Origin: Mytilus californianus | Lineage: Eukaryota | Assembly (NCBI RefSeq): GCF_021869535.1 | Contig: NW_026262668.1 | Span: 13,082,001 to 13,146,000, forward strand | Direction of reading: 5' to 3' | Length of the DNA stretch: 64,000 bases | Part shown: piece by piece, positions 35,177 to 48,409 of the stretch | Layout: each line of letters begins with the position of its first letter | Position numbering within the stretch: the stretch's first letter is position 1 | Translations under genes and position numbers: made by a program | The notes under the pieces: model-generated | Seen by the model: the letters and a program-made list of their open reading frames with translations, nothing else | What the model was told of the DNA's origin: nothing | Databases searched by the model: none

Positions 35177-36802
35177 CAAATTTTTGCACCTTATGTTTGC
35201 GATATACCATCTTTTCCGCAAGTTTATTGTTTTCTGTTTGGTATTAAATTTTTGATTAAGATCAAATTACATCTGGTGATCAATTTATTTGGCAATTGCC
35301 AATGGCAGTCAGCAGGGTTTAAGAACATCAGTTGTTCGACCTGTTAGTCAAATGCGTTTTGTTAAAATATACTTTTCACTTTTTAGTCTTTTGGAAAATG
35401 TTGTTTGTGCTGTATTAAGACCCCTCTACCAAGAAATTTGTTTGACATGCACACGTATAAAAATTGCAGTTTTTATCAAACGCAATCATAGGTTTGAACG
35501 TTGTTTTCAATTTAGACTTGTTTATATATATATATAAATAATGTCATAGCGTTAGAAAAGAATTGACCGAATTTTGTGATTCAAAACCTGATAGTGCCAA
35601 CAGTATTGAAATTTAACATCTTGAATATCTAACACATTTTAAGCAAGTAAGCAGTTTAATCATTTCTGGGTCGTTAATGAAATGCATCGGATTGTCAAGT
35701 GCTCGCAAATGCATGTTACTGATTTCTAGTTTACCATTATTTTTTAATCAAAGTCATTTGACATTTTACATATTGCTACAAAATGAAAATATGTTCGACA
35801 TCCGAGAATTAATGTTCACTGAATATAACTAAAATACGTTGGCCGTTTCAGAATCTAAAGAACTATGGGTTATTTAATTGTACCTACCCCAAAAAGAAAA
35901 TAACGTCACGTCATTGGTTGCATTTACATTGTTTATGACGTTTTAGTGTACATTTTTGGGAATATCACCCAGATTGCATTAGATTCTGAAACGGCGAATT
36001 ATGCGAAATGTTCTACATTCGATGTTTTATCTAAAAGTAGGAAAGCAACTGTTACAGTCCAATAGTTGATTGTTTCCGTTAGACTGTAATTTGGTTGCAG
36101 TCTATAATTATGTAAAATATCTCCAAAGTGTTTAAACGTGAAATGTATACTTTTTGGGAAAATAAATAAATTATAAAGAATTGATTTTTTTTCTTTTCAG
36201 CAAAATCCAAATTTTTGGAATTGTTTTCAGAATTGCATCTATTTGGTAAAAATTGTGTGATTACCTCTGGATCTGCACCACGGTGCCATTCTATTGCAAA
36301 AAAATAAGTCTGAAAAGAGTTGCCAGTTTATTGGAAATTTAAGTTAATTCTATGTATATTTTCTAATGATATGCATTTAAAAACATAAATTGAGTAAAAT
36401 ATCAGTCGACAATGTCACCTTTTTTTAATTCATTTCAAATTAAATTAAAACACTTATTAAACTTGTATTAATTGGTACATATGTAGAACGACCCAAATGA
36501 ATGCCTTGGTATCATAGAACGCCTAGTATAAAAACGATGATTGATCATCGACAATCTAGACAAATTGAATATGATTTCTTTTATCAAACTTTAGTGGTTT
36601 TAATCTCCCGTAAATGGCAATGTTTTGCAGTAGAACATGTCTATAATGTCATATACATTAATTTGTTATGTTCAATTACTTATCTTTGTACACAGTTTCG
36701 TGTTTACTATCTAGATATTATTTATTTTCTTTTTCCGTCTACTTTTTAATAATATCATTTCCTTGAAAGGTCGATCGGACAGTTTGGACTAAGCACACTT
36801 TT

Positions 36803-36953
36803 NNNNNNNNNNNNNNNNNNNNNNNNNNNNNNNNNNNNNNNNNNNNNNNNNNNNNNNNNNNNNNNNNNNNNNNNNNNNNNNNNNNNNNNNNNNNNNNNNN
36901 NNNNNNNNNNNNNNNNNNNNNNNNNNNNNNNNNNNNNNNNNNNNNNNNNNNNN
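36803..36953. other. Assembly gap (151 N)
   Basis: Run of N. Confidence 1.
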
Positions 36954-37736
36954 AACACACTGTTACGAATTCAGAAATTACACACATTTATCAAGTTCAA
37001 GTGAAATTTTTACAAGCTATCAATCTATCATCCTATGTCTTTCAATAAAAGAAATAGAAGAGGCTGAGTGACTTTACGTCCATTATTCTAACCGTAAAAT
37101 GTTCGCCTTCAAAACTAAAACACTTCTGCCATTTAAATTCTAGAGTCAATTTAGTTTAAAATTTGTATTGGTATTTATTATTTAAATGTATTTATGAAAT
37201 GTATTTTAATTATTGATATTTTTAAACTATGATTGTAACAGTATTTACCTGCATACGATTAGATTATGTACTCAAATATGGTTACTTACTTGAAATTCTA
37301 GTTTTTGAGCGGTCTAAAAGAGCCATGTAATACCAAAATGCAAATCACCAATTTGTAGGTAAGTGTCTTTTAAGTTGAAATGTGAACGTGCTATGCAAAT
37401 ATATTCTCAAACAAACATACTGATAACTTTGTGTTGTATAGATAACCTATCTTATTAATTATTTGGGTAGGTTGTAATTACTTTTACAAACTGACTGTAA
37501 CAACATGATACTGCTTGTCATGGTTACATTTGCAAATTGTTACCTCTTATTTCCGATTCAAACATGATTAGGGTGGCATTCAGATTGATTGATTTTGTGT
37601 TTGCTGGCGCTGAACACCACTTTTAGCGCATTAAGCAATATCTAAGATCTAAGCGGCCAGTTTTTAATACTGGAGGAAGCCAGCGTATCCGGAGATAACC
37701 AACAACCTTCGATAGTAAAACTGGAAATACTGGTAA

Positions 37737-40061
37737 ATTAAGATCAGAGTCGAACACCTCAGAGTTAACAGGCTTGTGATCACTGCCCATAAACTACTTA
37801 AATCCCTCGGCAACCATTCATATTGAAAATATAACTCTTTACTCCTATATTTATTTATTATAAGTATGGAAACTGCAAAAAAAAAAAAAAAAAACCTTAC
37901 AAGAAAAGTAAAAGGTTCGGAACACAATGACGCACCAAATTAAACAACTTGACACATTGAATTTGAAACATAGATGTCAAACCGATAACCAAGAAGTATA
38001 AAATTTGTGGAAATGATATTTTGTGTTTTTTGCATTAATGGTTTTCAGGTAAATATTTTCGTCATGGTTAAAATGCTTTAAAACTTGTTCATTCCCATTG
38101 TTATAAGCCTGACAAAGACTATATTCTTAATGAATTTAATTATTATTTTCCTGGTACTGCTTAACTTATTTTCAACGCATGAAAAAAAATATGAATTATA
38201 AACATAAATATTATGAGTGAAAAGAAATCCGTTTCATTTTTATCAGTTTCATATCTTGAGGGGAGATTTGTTCATTAAATATTACTATATATATATAATA
38301 TATAAGCGACCTTGTACTTTGAATATCTGAATTGCAAGACACACATGCTTGAAATAAATGGATATGGGTATTGATTTAAACTAACATCTGCCCAAATTAA
38401 TGATATGAAATAATTTGTCTGTGAATGAGTTTTGATCCGAAATAAGGACAATACAATGTAGGTGAGGACTCACCAATATTGACATTTAACAGAGATAAAT
38501 AAAAGATATATATAAATAAAATAATCTTAGATACCAGGATTGAAGTTTTGTACGCAAGACGTACGTTTCGTCTACAAAAGACCCATCAGTGACGCTCGGA
38601 TCAAAAAAGTTAGAAAGGACAAATAAAGTACAAACATAATCCAAAACATAATAGATACACACGAATAAAACTAAATATAGATAACAATTAAACAGAACCC
38701 AATGCAATAAAATACCAACATACATGTAGTGGTCAACATACAGAGGTCAACAATAGACATGCATGTTAATAACATTTCACAATACGAATTACATTTCTTT
38801 ATAGAAATATGGCTAATAATTTATTTAGTAATAATATAGATCTGAATACTAATTTCTGGCTGTTCCCTGAGATTAAGATCAGAGTCGAACACCTCGCGAC
38901 GAGAGAGGTTCGAACTCGCAACGTCGTAGTTAACAAGCTTGTGATCACTACTCATAAACTACTTAAATCCCTCGTCCAATATTCATATTCATATTGAAAA
39001 TAAAAATCTTTATTAAAATATTTATTTACTACAAGTATGGCAACTGCAAAAAAAAAGCCTAACATGATAAGTAAAAGGTCTTGACACAATGACCCAACCA
39101 ATAAAACAACTTGACACATCGAATAAGAAACATAGAAGTCAAGCCGATAACCAAATATAAAACAATTTTTTGAAAGAATATTTTGTGTTTTTTGCATAAA
39201 ATGTTTTTAGGTAAATATTTTCGTCATGGTAAAAATGCTTTAAAACTAGTTTTTTCCCTTTGTTATAAGCCTGTCAAAGACAGAGACTATAGTCTAAATT
39301 AATTAAATTATTATTTTAAACTAGTTTTCGAAGCATGATTACCTGTTCTATGTCTAAGTGGTTTTTTTTTTGTATGTCTATTAATGTTGGGCAAGGTTCC
39401 TTCGCATATTGTTCATATCCCCTCCGAGCTATTATGTCTTATTCGTGAACATGATATTCTATCCCAATTTTTGTTTAAAAAATAAAAATAAATGATAAAT
39501 AACTTCTAATAAACGTAAATATTATGAGTGAAAAGAGATCCATTCAATTTTTATCAGTTGCATATCTGGAGGGAAGATTTTTTCACTAAATGTTACTATA
39601 TCTGTATATTATATAAGCGACCTTGTACTTTGAATATCTGAATTGCAAGTCACACATGCTTAAAATAAATGGATATGGATATTGATTACTTAAACCGTCA
39701 TCTACCCCAATTTATGATGAGAAATAATTTGTCTGTGAATGAATTTTGATCCGAAATAAGGACAATAGAATATAGGTGAGGACAAACAAATATTGACATT
39801 TCACAGAGATAAATAATAGGGATATATAATCCATATGTAATCCAAAACAAAACGCACACGAATGAAACGAAATATAGAGTACAACTAGACAGCAACCCAA
39901 TGCATTAAGATAACAACAGACATAAAGAGGTCAGCATTCAGAGGTAACCAATAGACATGCATGTTGATAACATATTAAAATACGAGTTACATTTTGTTAC
40001 AGACATATTGGTAATAATTTAGTTAGTAATAATATAGAACTAAATACTATTTACTGGTTGT
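37737..40061. repeat. Old direct tandem duplication of ~1.15 kb (37737-38862 / 38873-40061), each unit starting in a minus-strand SINE head
   Basis: Collinear anchors TTAAGATCAGAGTCGAACACCTC, ATAAGCGACCTTGTACTTTGAATATCTG and TAGTAATAATATAGA. Confidence 0.9.
38552..38595 (-). ncRNA. Hammerhead family A motif, near intact
   Basis: GCGTCA / CTGATGG / GTCT-tttgt-AGAC / GAA / ACGTACGT / C / TTGCGT. It has A9->G, a palindromic stem III and a GUC site. Confidence 0.7.
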
Positions 40062-41109
40062 TTTTTTTTATGTTTTCGCATAGAAATTACATGGACTATT
40101 AGAAATTAAAAATGATAAACGTAACTGCAATGGGTGTATCAGTATTGCATTAAAACGGGTACCAAATAATTGATTGCATTATGATTTACTAACAGGTATC
40201 TCAATTTGATTACATCTCTTTACTTTTCTAAATGGAATCATAATTTTTCCACTTGAAAGCATGGTTTGTGACAATTTTTCTGGGTTATAAAAGTTTCCTA
40301 ATCCTAAAAGGATTATAACTTGTTATTTGTGATAGTAAATAACTTCTGCGCTAAAGAAATGTTATCACCACCTTAATTTATCTACCCTACATAGTTATTT
40401 CTAGGTCAAATTGGGACCTTGGACTTTGTTTTCCTTCTTGTACATGTCTAATGGTAAATCGGTCAGTATTGTTTACTATTTACTTTGTATGTCAGACAAT
40501 ATAACAGTTGGTTGATACCAATATATTCTTTTCCCTCCACGTTTTCATGAATTTGAAAGAATTGCAACCATATTTGAATGATAATGTTCATTTATCGTTT
40601 TTCTTTGATTTAGTTTTGTTCGCTTTTAGACCTTTTTCATTGTTTTAAACAATACTGAAGTTGACCTTGGATTGTTTATAAGTTGACATGAGGCGTCGGT
40701 CCGATTTCATGTTGAATGATGCATATTTTCATGAATAAAGAAAATCCAAATGTAGACATTGTTCTTATTATTTGTACGTTTATTTAGTTTTTGAAAAGAT
40801 CGAAAATTAACTTTGTTTATTGTGTAGGTCAAAAGATCGAAAATTAACTTTGCTTATAGCAAAATCTAAATTCAATGTGTAGGATTAGGCATGCATCGTT
40901 TCCAGTTTGGCTATGGGGATAAATAATATAAAAATCTCTTTTTACTTTTATTCAAATAGCAGTCAACAATTTTCGGACTTACAACATTTTTCTTTGCTTT
41001 TGTAAAATGACCTACAGTTAATCAGTTAGTCTAGCTGTATATATGTGGATACAAATATCTTGTTATAGGGAGGAATAAACCATACATTGTAAAAAACCAC
41101 TTCTATTTA

Positions 41110-41880
41110 AACAAAATTCTCTGATACTGCCATTATCAAGTTGCTTGATCTCTAGATTGACAACATATTTGTTACGTTTGGAGGACACATGTTTTTCAAC
41201 AAAAAATCAGCATTCAAATGGGAACCAACTGTGCTCCTCTTCTTTCCGACTTTTTCCTTTATTATATGAGGCAGATTTCAGACAGGAACTTCTTAGAAAG
41301 AATGGAAAGAAGCTATCAATATCTTTTAACTTCACTTTCCGGTAAATGGATAATGTCCTCGAACTAGAAATAAAGGAAACAGATACAGCTAATTTTGCAT
41401 TATATCTTGAATTACATCTAAATATTGACAATGCGGTCGGTTGGGAAAAAACTTTACGGCAAAAGAAATGATTTCAGCTTCCTAATTGTGAATTTTCCAT
41501 TTCCATGTATCAACATCCAAGAAGCCCCTACATATCGAATATATATCTTAAAGCTATTAAACCAAGGGTTCAAAATGATGAAGTTGAAGTCATCTCTTCG
41601 AAAATTTTACAAACGCCATCACGAGTTGGTTGACCATTAAGAATATTTTTTTCACAGATGACGACGAATATGATCCAATTGTCGATATCACAATCTTGAC
41701 CTCTTTTCCCTGAATGTGACATCATTGAAATTGTACTTACATAAGAAACACAACGGGTACCACATATGAGGCAGGATCTGCTTACCCTTCCGTTTACCTG
41801 AAATTTCCCAACAAGCTTTTGGTGGTGTTGCTTAGTTTTTATTTTTCTATGTTATGTTTTGTTTTTTCGTCGTTTTTTTC
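41110..41880 (+). mobile_element. Decayed PLE-type RT fragment with 3' UTR
   Basis: IDNIFVTFGG, MGTNCAPLL (41221), IVNFPFPCINI, KLKSSLRKFYKRHHELVD. Frameshifts and stops are present. Confidence 0.88.
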
Positions 41881-41979
41881 AATGACAATAATTATCATTG
41901 ATATGGCAATATTGATAGATTAACTGTTTACAAAACTTTAACTTAATCGAAAAACAAAGGAATTTATACACCAGGAATA

Positions 41980-42140
41980 TATTACCTAAGAAACATTTGG
42001 CAAAACCTTTCGTAGTTTTTGTTCTTAATGCTATTTAAGTTCGTACTTAATTTGACCTTTTGAAATTTTTATTCAAGCGCCACTAATGAGTCTTTTGTAG
42101 AGGAAATGCGGTTAGGAGTACAAAATTAGCCTGGTATTAT
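41980..42140 (+). mobile_element. Hammerhead repeat family A copy (degenerate)
   Basis: GCGCCA-CTAATGA-GTCT-tttgt-AGAG-GAAA at 42077-42106. Confidence 0.65.
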
Positions 42141-43968
42141 TATCGATCCTTGTTCATCCATATGATAAGTTATCTGAGCTTTCATTATAAGTAATTCCAA
42201 CCAGACAGAAAAAAACTAAAGGTCAAATCTCGAACGGAATTTTATTTTATCTTATTGTTATCCATATTTTCTGCAATATGGACATCTTTTAGTACCTACG
42301 GAGTTAATAAACCTTGTTTACCCTAGTGTGGTATTGACATAAACGTCGTTATTCATTAAAATCTAGTTTTGAAGAATGGATGTTTTTATTTTATGCCAGA
42401 AAATATGATGAAGTTTATTGCCAAAGGAGTTGAAATAGTATTTTTTCCTTTTTCTAGTATTTTTCTGTCTTTTTTTTTCATTCCTTGAATGCAAAGTGAA
42501 AGATAACACAACATTATAGTTAGAGATGATAGAACAAAAATGTTATCTCAACTCTTATCCACACAAGGGGGTTGGGTGCGAAAAAATAGTTTATCTTCGC
42601 TTAACGTTCATGTGCTTGTCCGTATTCAGGAACTTTATCAGTGCTTGTCAGGACCTTTATAGCTTGCTGTTCGGTGTGAGCCAAGTCTCCGTGTTGAAGG
42701 CCGTACTTTGATCTATAATTGTTTACTTTTTACACATTGTGACTTGGATGGATAGTCGTCTCATTGGCACTCATACCACATTTTCTTGTCCCTAGTTATA
42801 TCTGGACGTTGTGCTTTTTACAAAAATTTGGTGTTGACAATTGTTTGTGTAAAATTTATTACTTTCTTTTCAATACTCGATGGGGTGTCTTCCTCCATCT
42901 CGGATTTTGAAATAGCTGATAGTAATTGGTCTAGATCTTTAATGAAATGTGCAAATTTCGAGAGTAGTATGTTGTTCATGTGTAAGACTTGTCATGTTAA
43001 TGAAGAAAATTATGTGTTGTATCATATTTACGACTGTTTTTACAAAAAACAGAAAATTTTTGTTTGATTCACTTTTTTCCAACTTTGCCACATAAGGGTA
43101 GATAACTCAGATATAAGGGGACATAACTCAGATAAAGTTACTTTTATAATAGAATGTGTTGTGAATTTACCTATTTTATTATGTAGCAAGAAAACGAGTC
43201 CGGTGACCCTATTTTTTTCCTTTTTTTTATCTGTAAGCATATCATTCGAGCTATCTTCTCATATTTTATCTTAAAATTCTATGGTATAGTTTTCTTTTCA
43301 TCACACAAAATAGGGTTTTCCATGCATAATCTATACAAAATCTGACAATTTTGCACAACCATTAGCGTGATAAATAGCCCGGTGACCCATACTTATATAT
43401 TTTGACCTGACATCTCCTTTATTCATATCATCAAATACATGTATACTCCTCTTCCGACCGATATATATTCTGCCATCTAGAAAGTTGCAGTTCGTATGCA
43501 GATAAATCTACGTCCTAAAATTTTACATAAAGAAATAATTTTAATTGATCTCTGTAAAATTTATCACTAGATTGTTTTAAATTTGTAAATAACAGTTTGA
43601 GAGTTTCCAGTCTGTCTAACTCCTGAATAATTACCCATGATACCTAGAGTTTAACATTACTTGTAACCTCAGTATCCAACTTATGACAAACGAGATTCGT
43701 TTAAGTATAATGTAAGCAACAATATACTTTTATTTCTGAATGAAGCATACATCACCTACGGTTTGTTAGATTTAGTAGTACTGTTGCTTCGTAAGATCAT
43801 GTCAAATGTCATCGTTTTTTGTGTGAAAAAAAAACTAAACATTGTATGTTTTATGAGGGAACGTGTAGTTCTTAGCTTTAATTATATTATATATAAATAT
43901 ACTAAATAAATAAATACGTTAAAGGCATAAAAAGACATGACATTTCCGAATACCATGGTTACTGGTGT

Positions 43969-44115
43969 TCTGATGCAACATTTTCTGATGCAACATTTCT
44001 GATGCAATATTTTATAAAACTTCAGCATTGTCGGGAAATTCTGATGCAACATTTTAAAGAATTTCAGAATCGCCGGAAAATTCTGAAGCAACATTTTAGA
44101 GAATTTCAGCATCGA
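43969..44115. repeat. Array of TTCTGATGCAACATTT / AATTTCAGCATCG motifs upstream of the ZnF exon (paralog 49741-49875)
   Basis: Five and three recognisable copies respectively, in ~42-bp units. Confidence 0.85.
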
Positions 44116-44274
44116 CGAAAAATAAAGTGATGTTTTTAACATGTTGTTTATTCCCCCAAAGACCTCAACTATGCATATATTTATACTGCTATATATTTTA
44201 TTGAACATTTATTTTCAACTTCGACGGAATTTTACTTGAATGCCGTTGTAAAAGTGCGTTGAATAGAAGAACAG

Positions 44275-44555
44275 ATGGCAGATTGCTCGAAATACATGTG
44301 CAGTATATGTAACAAATCGTTATGTTCAAAACAAGTATTAAAAGGCATTTAAAAGAGCAACACTACACTGGCTCAATCAAATGTAATGTCTGCAAAGCTT
44401 CTTTCAAGCGAAGAAGTTTGTATAGAGCAAGCCAGTTAATATGTTCTACAAGAGAAAGTGACTGCGATGCTAAGAACAATAATTAGGAAATTTCAGGAAA
44501 TTGAATTGGAATTACCAGCAAGCAGATTCTAGGAAATTTAGAAAATGATGAACAG
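44275..44555 (+). pseudogene. C2H2 zinc-finger first exon, pseudogenised
   Basis: Restoring one base in an A-run gives C-SI-C-NKSLCSKTSIKR-H-LKEQ-H (C-x2-C-x12-H-x4-H), followed by a second CxxC (CNVCKASF). In-frame stops occur downstream. It ends at a CAG|GTAAGT donor. Confidence 0.7.
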
Positions 44556-44784
44556 GTAAGTAAGCTTAAATTTTTGGCTTCATAATAAGCTATAAAATGT
44601 TATATGTAAGATAAATTTCTACAGTTTTGACACTCCTTGCGAATGGGGATAGGAGCATAACTTATGGCTTTGTTCGCCAATACTTCAGAAATCTAAATTA
44701 AAATTGAATATAACCTTAATTTACAGAAAACTTATATATTTATCTAGTAGAACTGTTTGTCGTCTTGTGTATTTGCCATTTCCA

Positions 44785-45032
44785 GGAGCCTCGGTGAGCG
44801 TGTGGTCTGAGTAGTTATTACTGTAATCACTAGCCAGTCAACACTGAGGTTGTGAGTTAGAACCCTGTTCGTGCGGGTTCATTCCATTGTTAATTGATTA
44901 AGATTGTCAGTTTTCCTAACGAAAGTCGATGGTTTTCTCCGGGCACTCCTGTCTCCTCTACCATTACAAGCCGATTGACACGAAATAGCTAAAGTGCGTT
45001 TTAAAGTGGCATTAACACACCAATTATCAATC
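44785..45032 (+). mobile_element. tRNA-derived SINE
   Basis: A/B-box-like head, GGTTTTCTCCGGGCACTCC domain and AAAGTGGCATTAACAC..CAATC tail. Confidence 0.8.
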
Positions 45033-45897
45033 GCTATTTACCATTTTTTACCGCCATTACTAGCTTTGAATTGTATATTTTAAATACAACTTCCTTTATA
45101 ATCTACATCTAACAGAAGTAATTTGCATTATCTTTTCAGGATCTCCATGCAGTTTGGTAACAAACAGTGACAATTCAAGTTACATAAAATCACGATTTTG
45201 GCCAGCATTACAAAGGGTATCACTGGATTGAGCTCTTTGCCTAAGTGTAGATTTAAGTTATTTGCATTAAGCTCAGTTTATTGTTAAGCATATACATTCT
45301 TTATGAAAATAGGATTTGAAAACAGACCAACTATATACATGATATGAACTGTAAGGTATGCTGTTTGATACATTTTGCATAATTTATATATAAATCTCTT
45401 TAACCGCTGTCAGCACATGGTACCACTGAAGCTGTTCAGGGAGATTAAAGCATTCTATTTCCATTTGAACACAACATTCTTTGTCTGTCAGACAGCCAAA
45501 TAAAGGAAAGCATAATCAAATATACAAAAAAAATGCTTATTGAAATCCATGTACGATGCCAGGTGTTTTGGCACACATTTTTAATCATCTGTATTGCCTA
45601 CTGGAGAGTACCTAGTACAAATGGTCATTCATATATATCGTATTCATATAAAGGGACGAAACTCACAAGGCCTTACTGACTTCTAAAATTACATTACTTT
45701 GTTTAACGTATTTGTTTAATCTATATTTGTGGTAATAACAGCACTACTCTAATCTTATTTCATAATGTAAATACTGCATGCTCCTATTCTCATTTACACT
45801 TTTCATCAAGGTTCATTATTCATATCTTTAAACGAAATTAATTATGCAATACATTCTTTTGCATTTTAGATTCAGTCAAATACTATAATCATGTATT

Positions 45898-47634
45898 TTT
45901 TCGTTTAATAATCCAGAGTTCTCAAAATATACTACCGAAATTTACCCAAAAGAACTTACTTTAACTAAATCTAACATATATAGCAGTAGTTGTCCTTTTC
46001 TAGATTTGGACATTTCAATCTCTAAAGGAAACCTCCATACTAAAATTTACTCCAAAAGAGACGACTTTATATTCCCTATTGTTAATTTTCCTTTTATAGA
46101 CGGCGATGTTCCTTTGGCTCCATCATACGGTGTTTATATATCCCAACTCGTTCGTTATGCCCGTGTGTGTAGTGATGTCATAGATTTTAACGAACATAAT
46201 CAATGCATCACTGGTAAATTATTAAGTCAGGGATTTCGTTACCATAAATTACGTAAAACTTTTACTAAATTCTTTCATAGATACAAAGATTTGATTAGTA
46301 AATTTGGCTGTACCTGTAGAAAACTGATTAAAAACGGTATTTCACATCCTAAATTTTACGGTAATATTGTACTTAAAGCGCGGAAATCACTATGTGATCC
46401 GTGTAAACTCATCAAACTTTTAAACAAACTTATTAGTAAAGGTTATTTTACCAATGTTGTAATTAGATCTTTGAATAGATTTTACATTGGCACTAATATC
46501 GATTTTGTCATCAGCAAATTAAAACATAACTTAATTAGTATTCTTTTTAAACGGGATGTATAAAGACACACCAACGTTCATTTTGATCTATAAAGAGATT
46601 AACTCCTAACTATCCTACTGCCTGTCGGTACATTTATTTTTGGCATTGCACAAGTCATGTCTTGTCCATGACGTTAAAATACTAAATCCCTGGGATGTGT
46701 TTTAGTTGATTTTAGTCTCTGATGCATGATTTTTTATTATTAATTGTTTTTGGCTATCAACTAGATGCCAGTAACTGCGAGTACTCTCAAATCGTACTTT
46801 CTTGTTTATTTGACCTGTTGATACTAATTGTAATGCTTTTTTGTTATTTAATGTTTACTTATTCAGGGTTATATCTGGTCTATATACCAGATTTGATAAG
46901 TGTTTGGTATTACTATAAATTTTCACTTCTTCGTACTATAAACATCAAAATTATTTATTTTGTAAAAATATTTCCTCTCTCCATTTGAACTGTACACGTA
47001 TACCTAACAACAAAATTATTTTCATTTACATGTGTTTAAAGTAATTGCAAATGGCTGATATTTTTGTTCAAGCATATTGTTTTTCTTAAATTGTTTAACA
47101 TTTCACAGCGGTATAACATGTTACTTTAATTATTCTTCCCTTAGTTTATTTATTTTGTATTTACATTGTATCATAGATCAAATTTATTTGTTCAGTGTAT
47201 GTTCACTGGTGTTAATATGTCTTTTGATTGAGTTAAGCCATTTCAATTGATATTTTATAGTGTGTCTTTCTATGTTGCGATGCTACACTATTGTTTCAGA
47301 TAAGGGTGAAGGTACCATTAAAACGTTTAAACCCGCTGCAATTGTTTGCACCTGTCCTAAGTCAGGAATCTGATGTTCAGTAGTTGTCGTCTGTTGATGT
47401 GATTCATAAGTGTTTCTCGTTTCTCGTTTTTTATATAGATTCGACCGTTAGCTTTCCCGTTTGAATGGATTTACACTAGTCATTTTTGGGGCCCTTTATA
47501 GCTTGCTGTTCGGTGTGAGCCAAGGATCCGTGTTGAAGCCCGTACGTTGACCTATAATGGTTTACTTTTATAAATTTTGACTTGGATGGAGAGTTGTCTC
47601 ATTGGCACTCATACCACATATCCTTATATCTATT
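45898..47634 (+). mobile_element. 5'-truncated PLE-type RT element (RT C-terminus + 3' UTR + shared 3' module), single insertion with candidate TATT TSD
   Basis: The paralogous empty site has one TATT at 51159-51162. TATT occurs at 45894-45897 and 47631-47634. Confidence 0.85.
45901..46563 (+). pseudogene. Open RT C-terminal frame (no start), probably Naiad-type PLE
   Basis: IYPKELTL..CPFLDLDISI..IYSKRDDFIFPIVNFPFIDGDVP..SYGVYISQLVRYARVC..KLLSQGFRYHKL. The clade label comes from recall of motifs, not from a search. Confidence 0.85.
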
Positions 47635-47832
47635 AAATTTTTATGTTTCATATTTCCTTTTTTCTCCTAGAAATCTATAATCATGAAAAAATAAATTTGA
47701 TTTATCATTTTATTAAAATGAATATTTAATTTGAAAAAAAAATCGTTTATATAATTTGTAGGCCTTTGGAGTCTGGGCAGAAATAAAACCTGATACCAAA
47801 AAAAAATATAGTTTCTGCATGTACAGTGTATT

Positions 47833-48400
47833 TGCTCATCTAGCCCTTAAGGGTCATATGAAGTATTGCCATTACTTTCGATAAATCGTCTGAAGAGATT
47901 TCATGTTTCAATATTCTGCCAACTCGAACCAAAATTGGCAGGAATTTTCATATTTGAAGGTACTTCATCTAATTATATTTTTAAGTGTCAAAAATGTATT
48001 CTGATTACCTGAGAAATGATCCAAAGATAGCCTTAAACCAATTTTGAGTTTATGTTGCGAATCCAATTTCAAGATGGCTAATACCACTGAACAAAGTTTA
48101 ATATAGAACTATGAGAAATACATATACAAAGCTTCTTATCAGATGTTGTCTCACATATTTAAACACAATGTAACTGGGGTGATCCAATATGAGTATTATC
48201 GATTTTGATTTCCACCCTGAAATAAGCTATGACCTCCACAAACAGTAGAACATGATAAAGCCATACAATAAATATCTACATACAGCTTCTCAAAAACGAT
48301 ATCGCACATTAAAATCCAAATTGTTCAGCTAGAGTGTTCCTCTACTTATTTTGAGTTCTGATTCTGTTCCGAAAAGAAAGAATTTCCCTAGAGTGGAATA
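47833..48400 (+). mobile_element. HINE/Helentron-like element (paralog ~51357-51975)
   Basis: TTGCTCATCTAGCCCTTAAGGGTCA 5' hairpin-type end and CAAGATGGC internal motif. Boundaries are approximate. Confidence 0.5.
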
Positions 48401-48409
48401 GTAGTTTAC

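Larger units (their letters stand above)
34501..35522 (+). mobile_element. 533-bp non-coding tandem dimer (1.9 units), one hammerhead per unit (retrozyme-like)
   Basis: Units start at 34501 and 35034. Flanked by TA tracts (34494-34504 and 35521-35534). No meaningful ORF. Confidence 0.9.

Noticed and set aside
36739-36987. ORFs spanning the N run
   Set aside because: Artefacts of the assembly gap.
45140-45260. Possible second exon of the ZnF pseudogene (TTTTCAG acceptor)
   Set aside because: A phase-0 join gives an immediate stop, and the segment is absent from duplicate copy 2.
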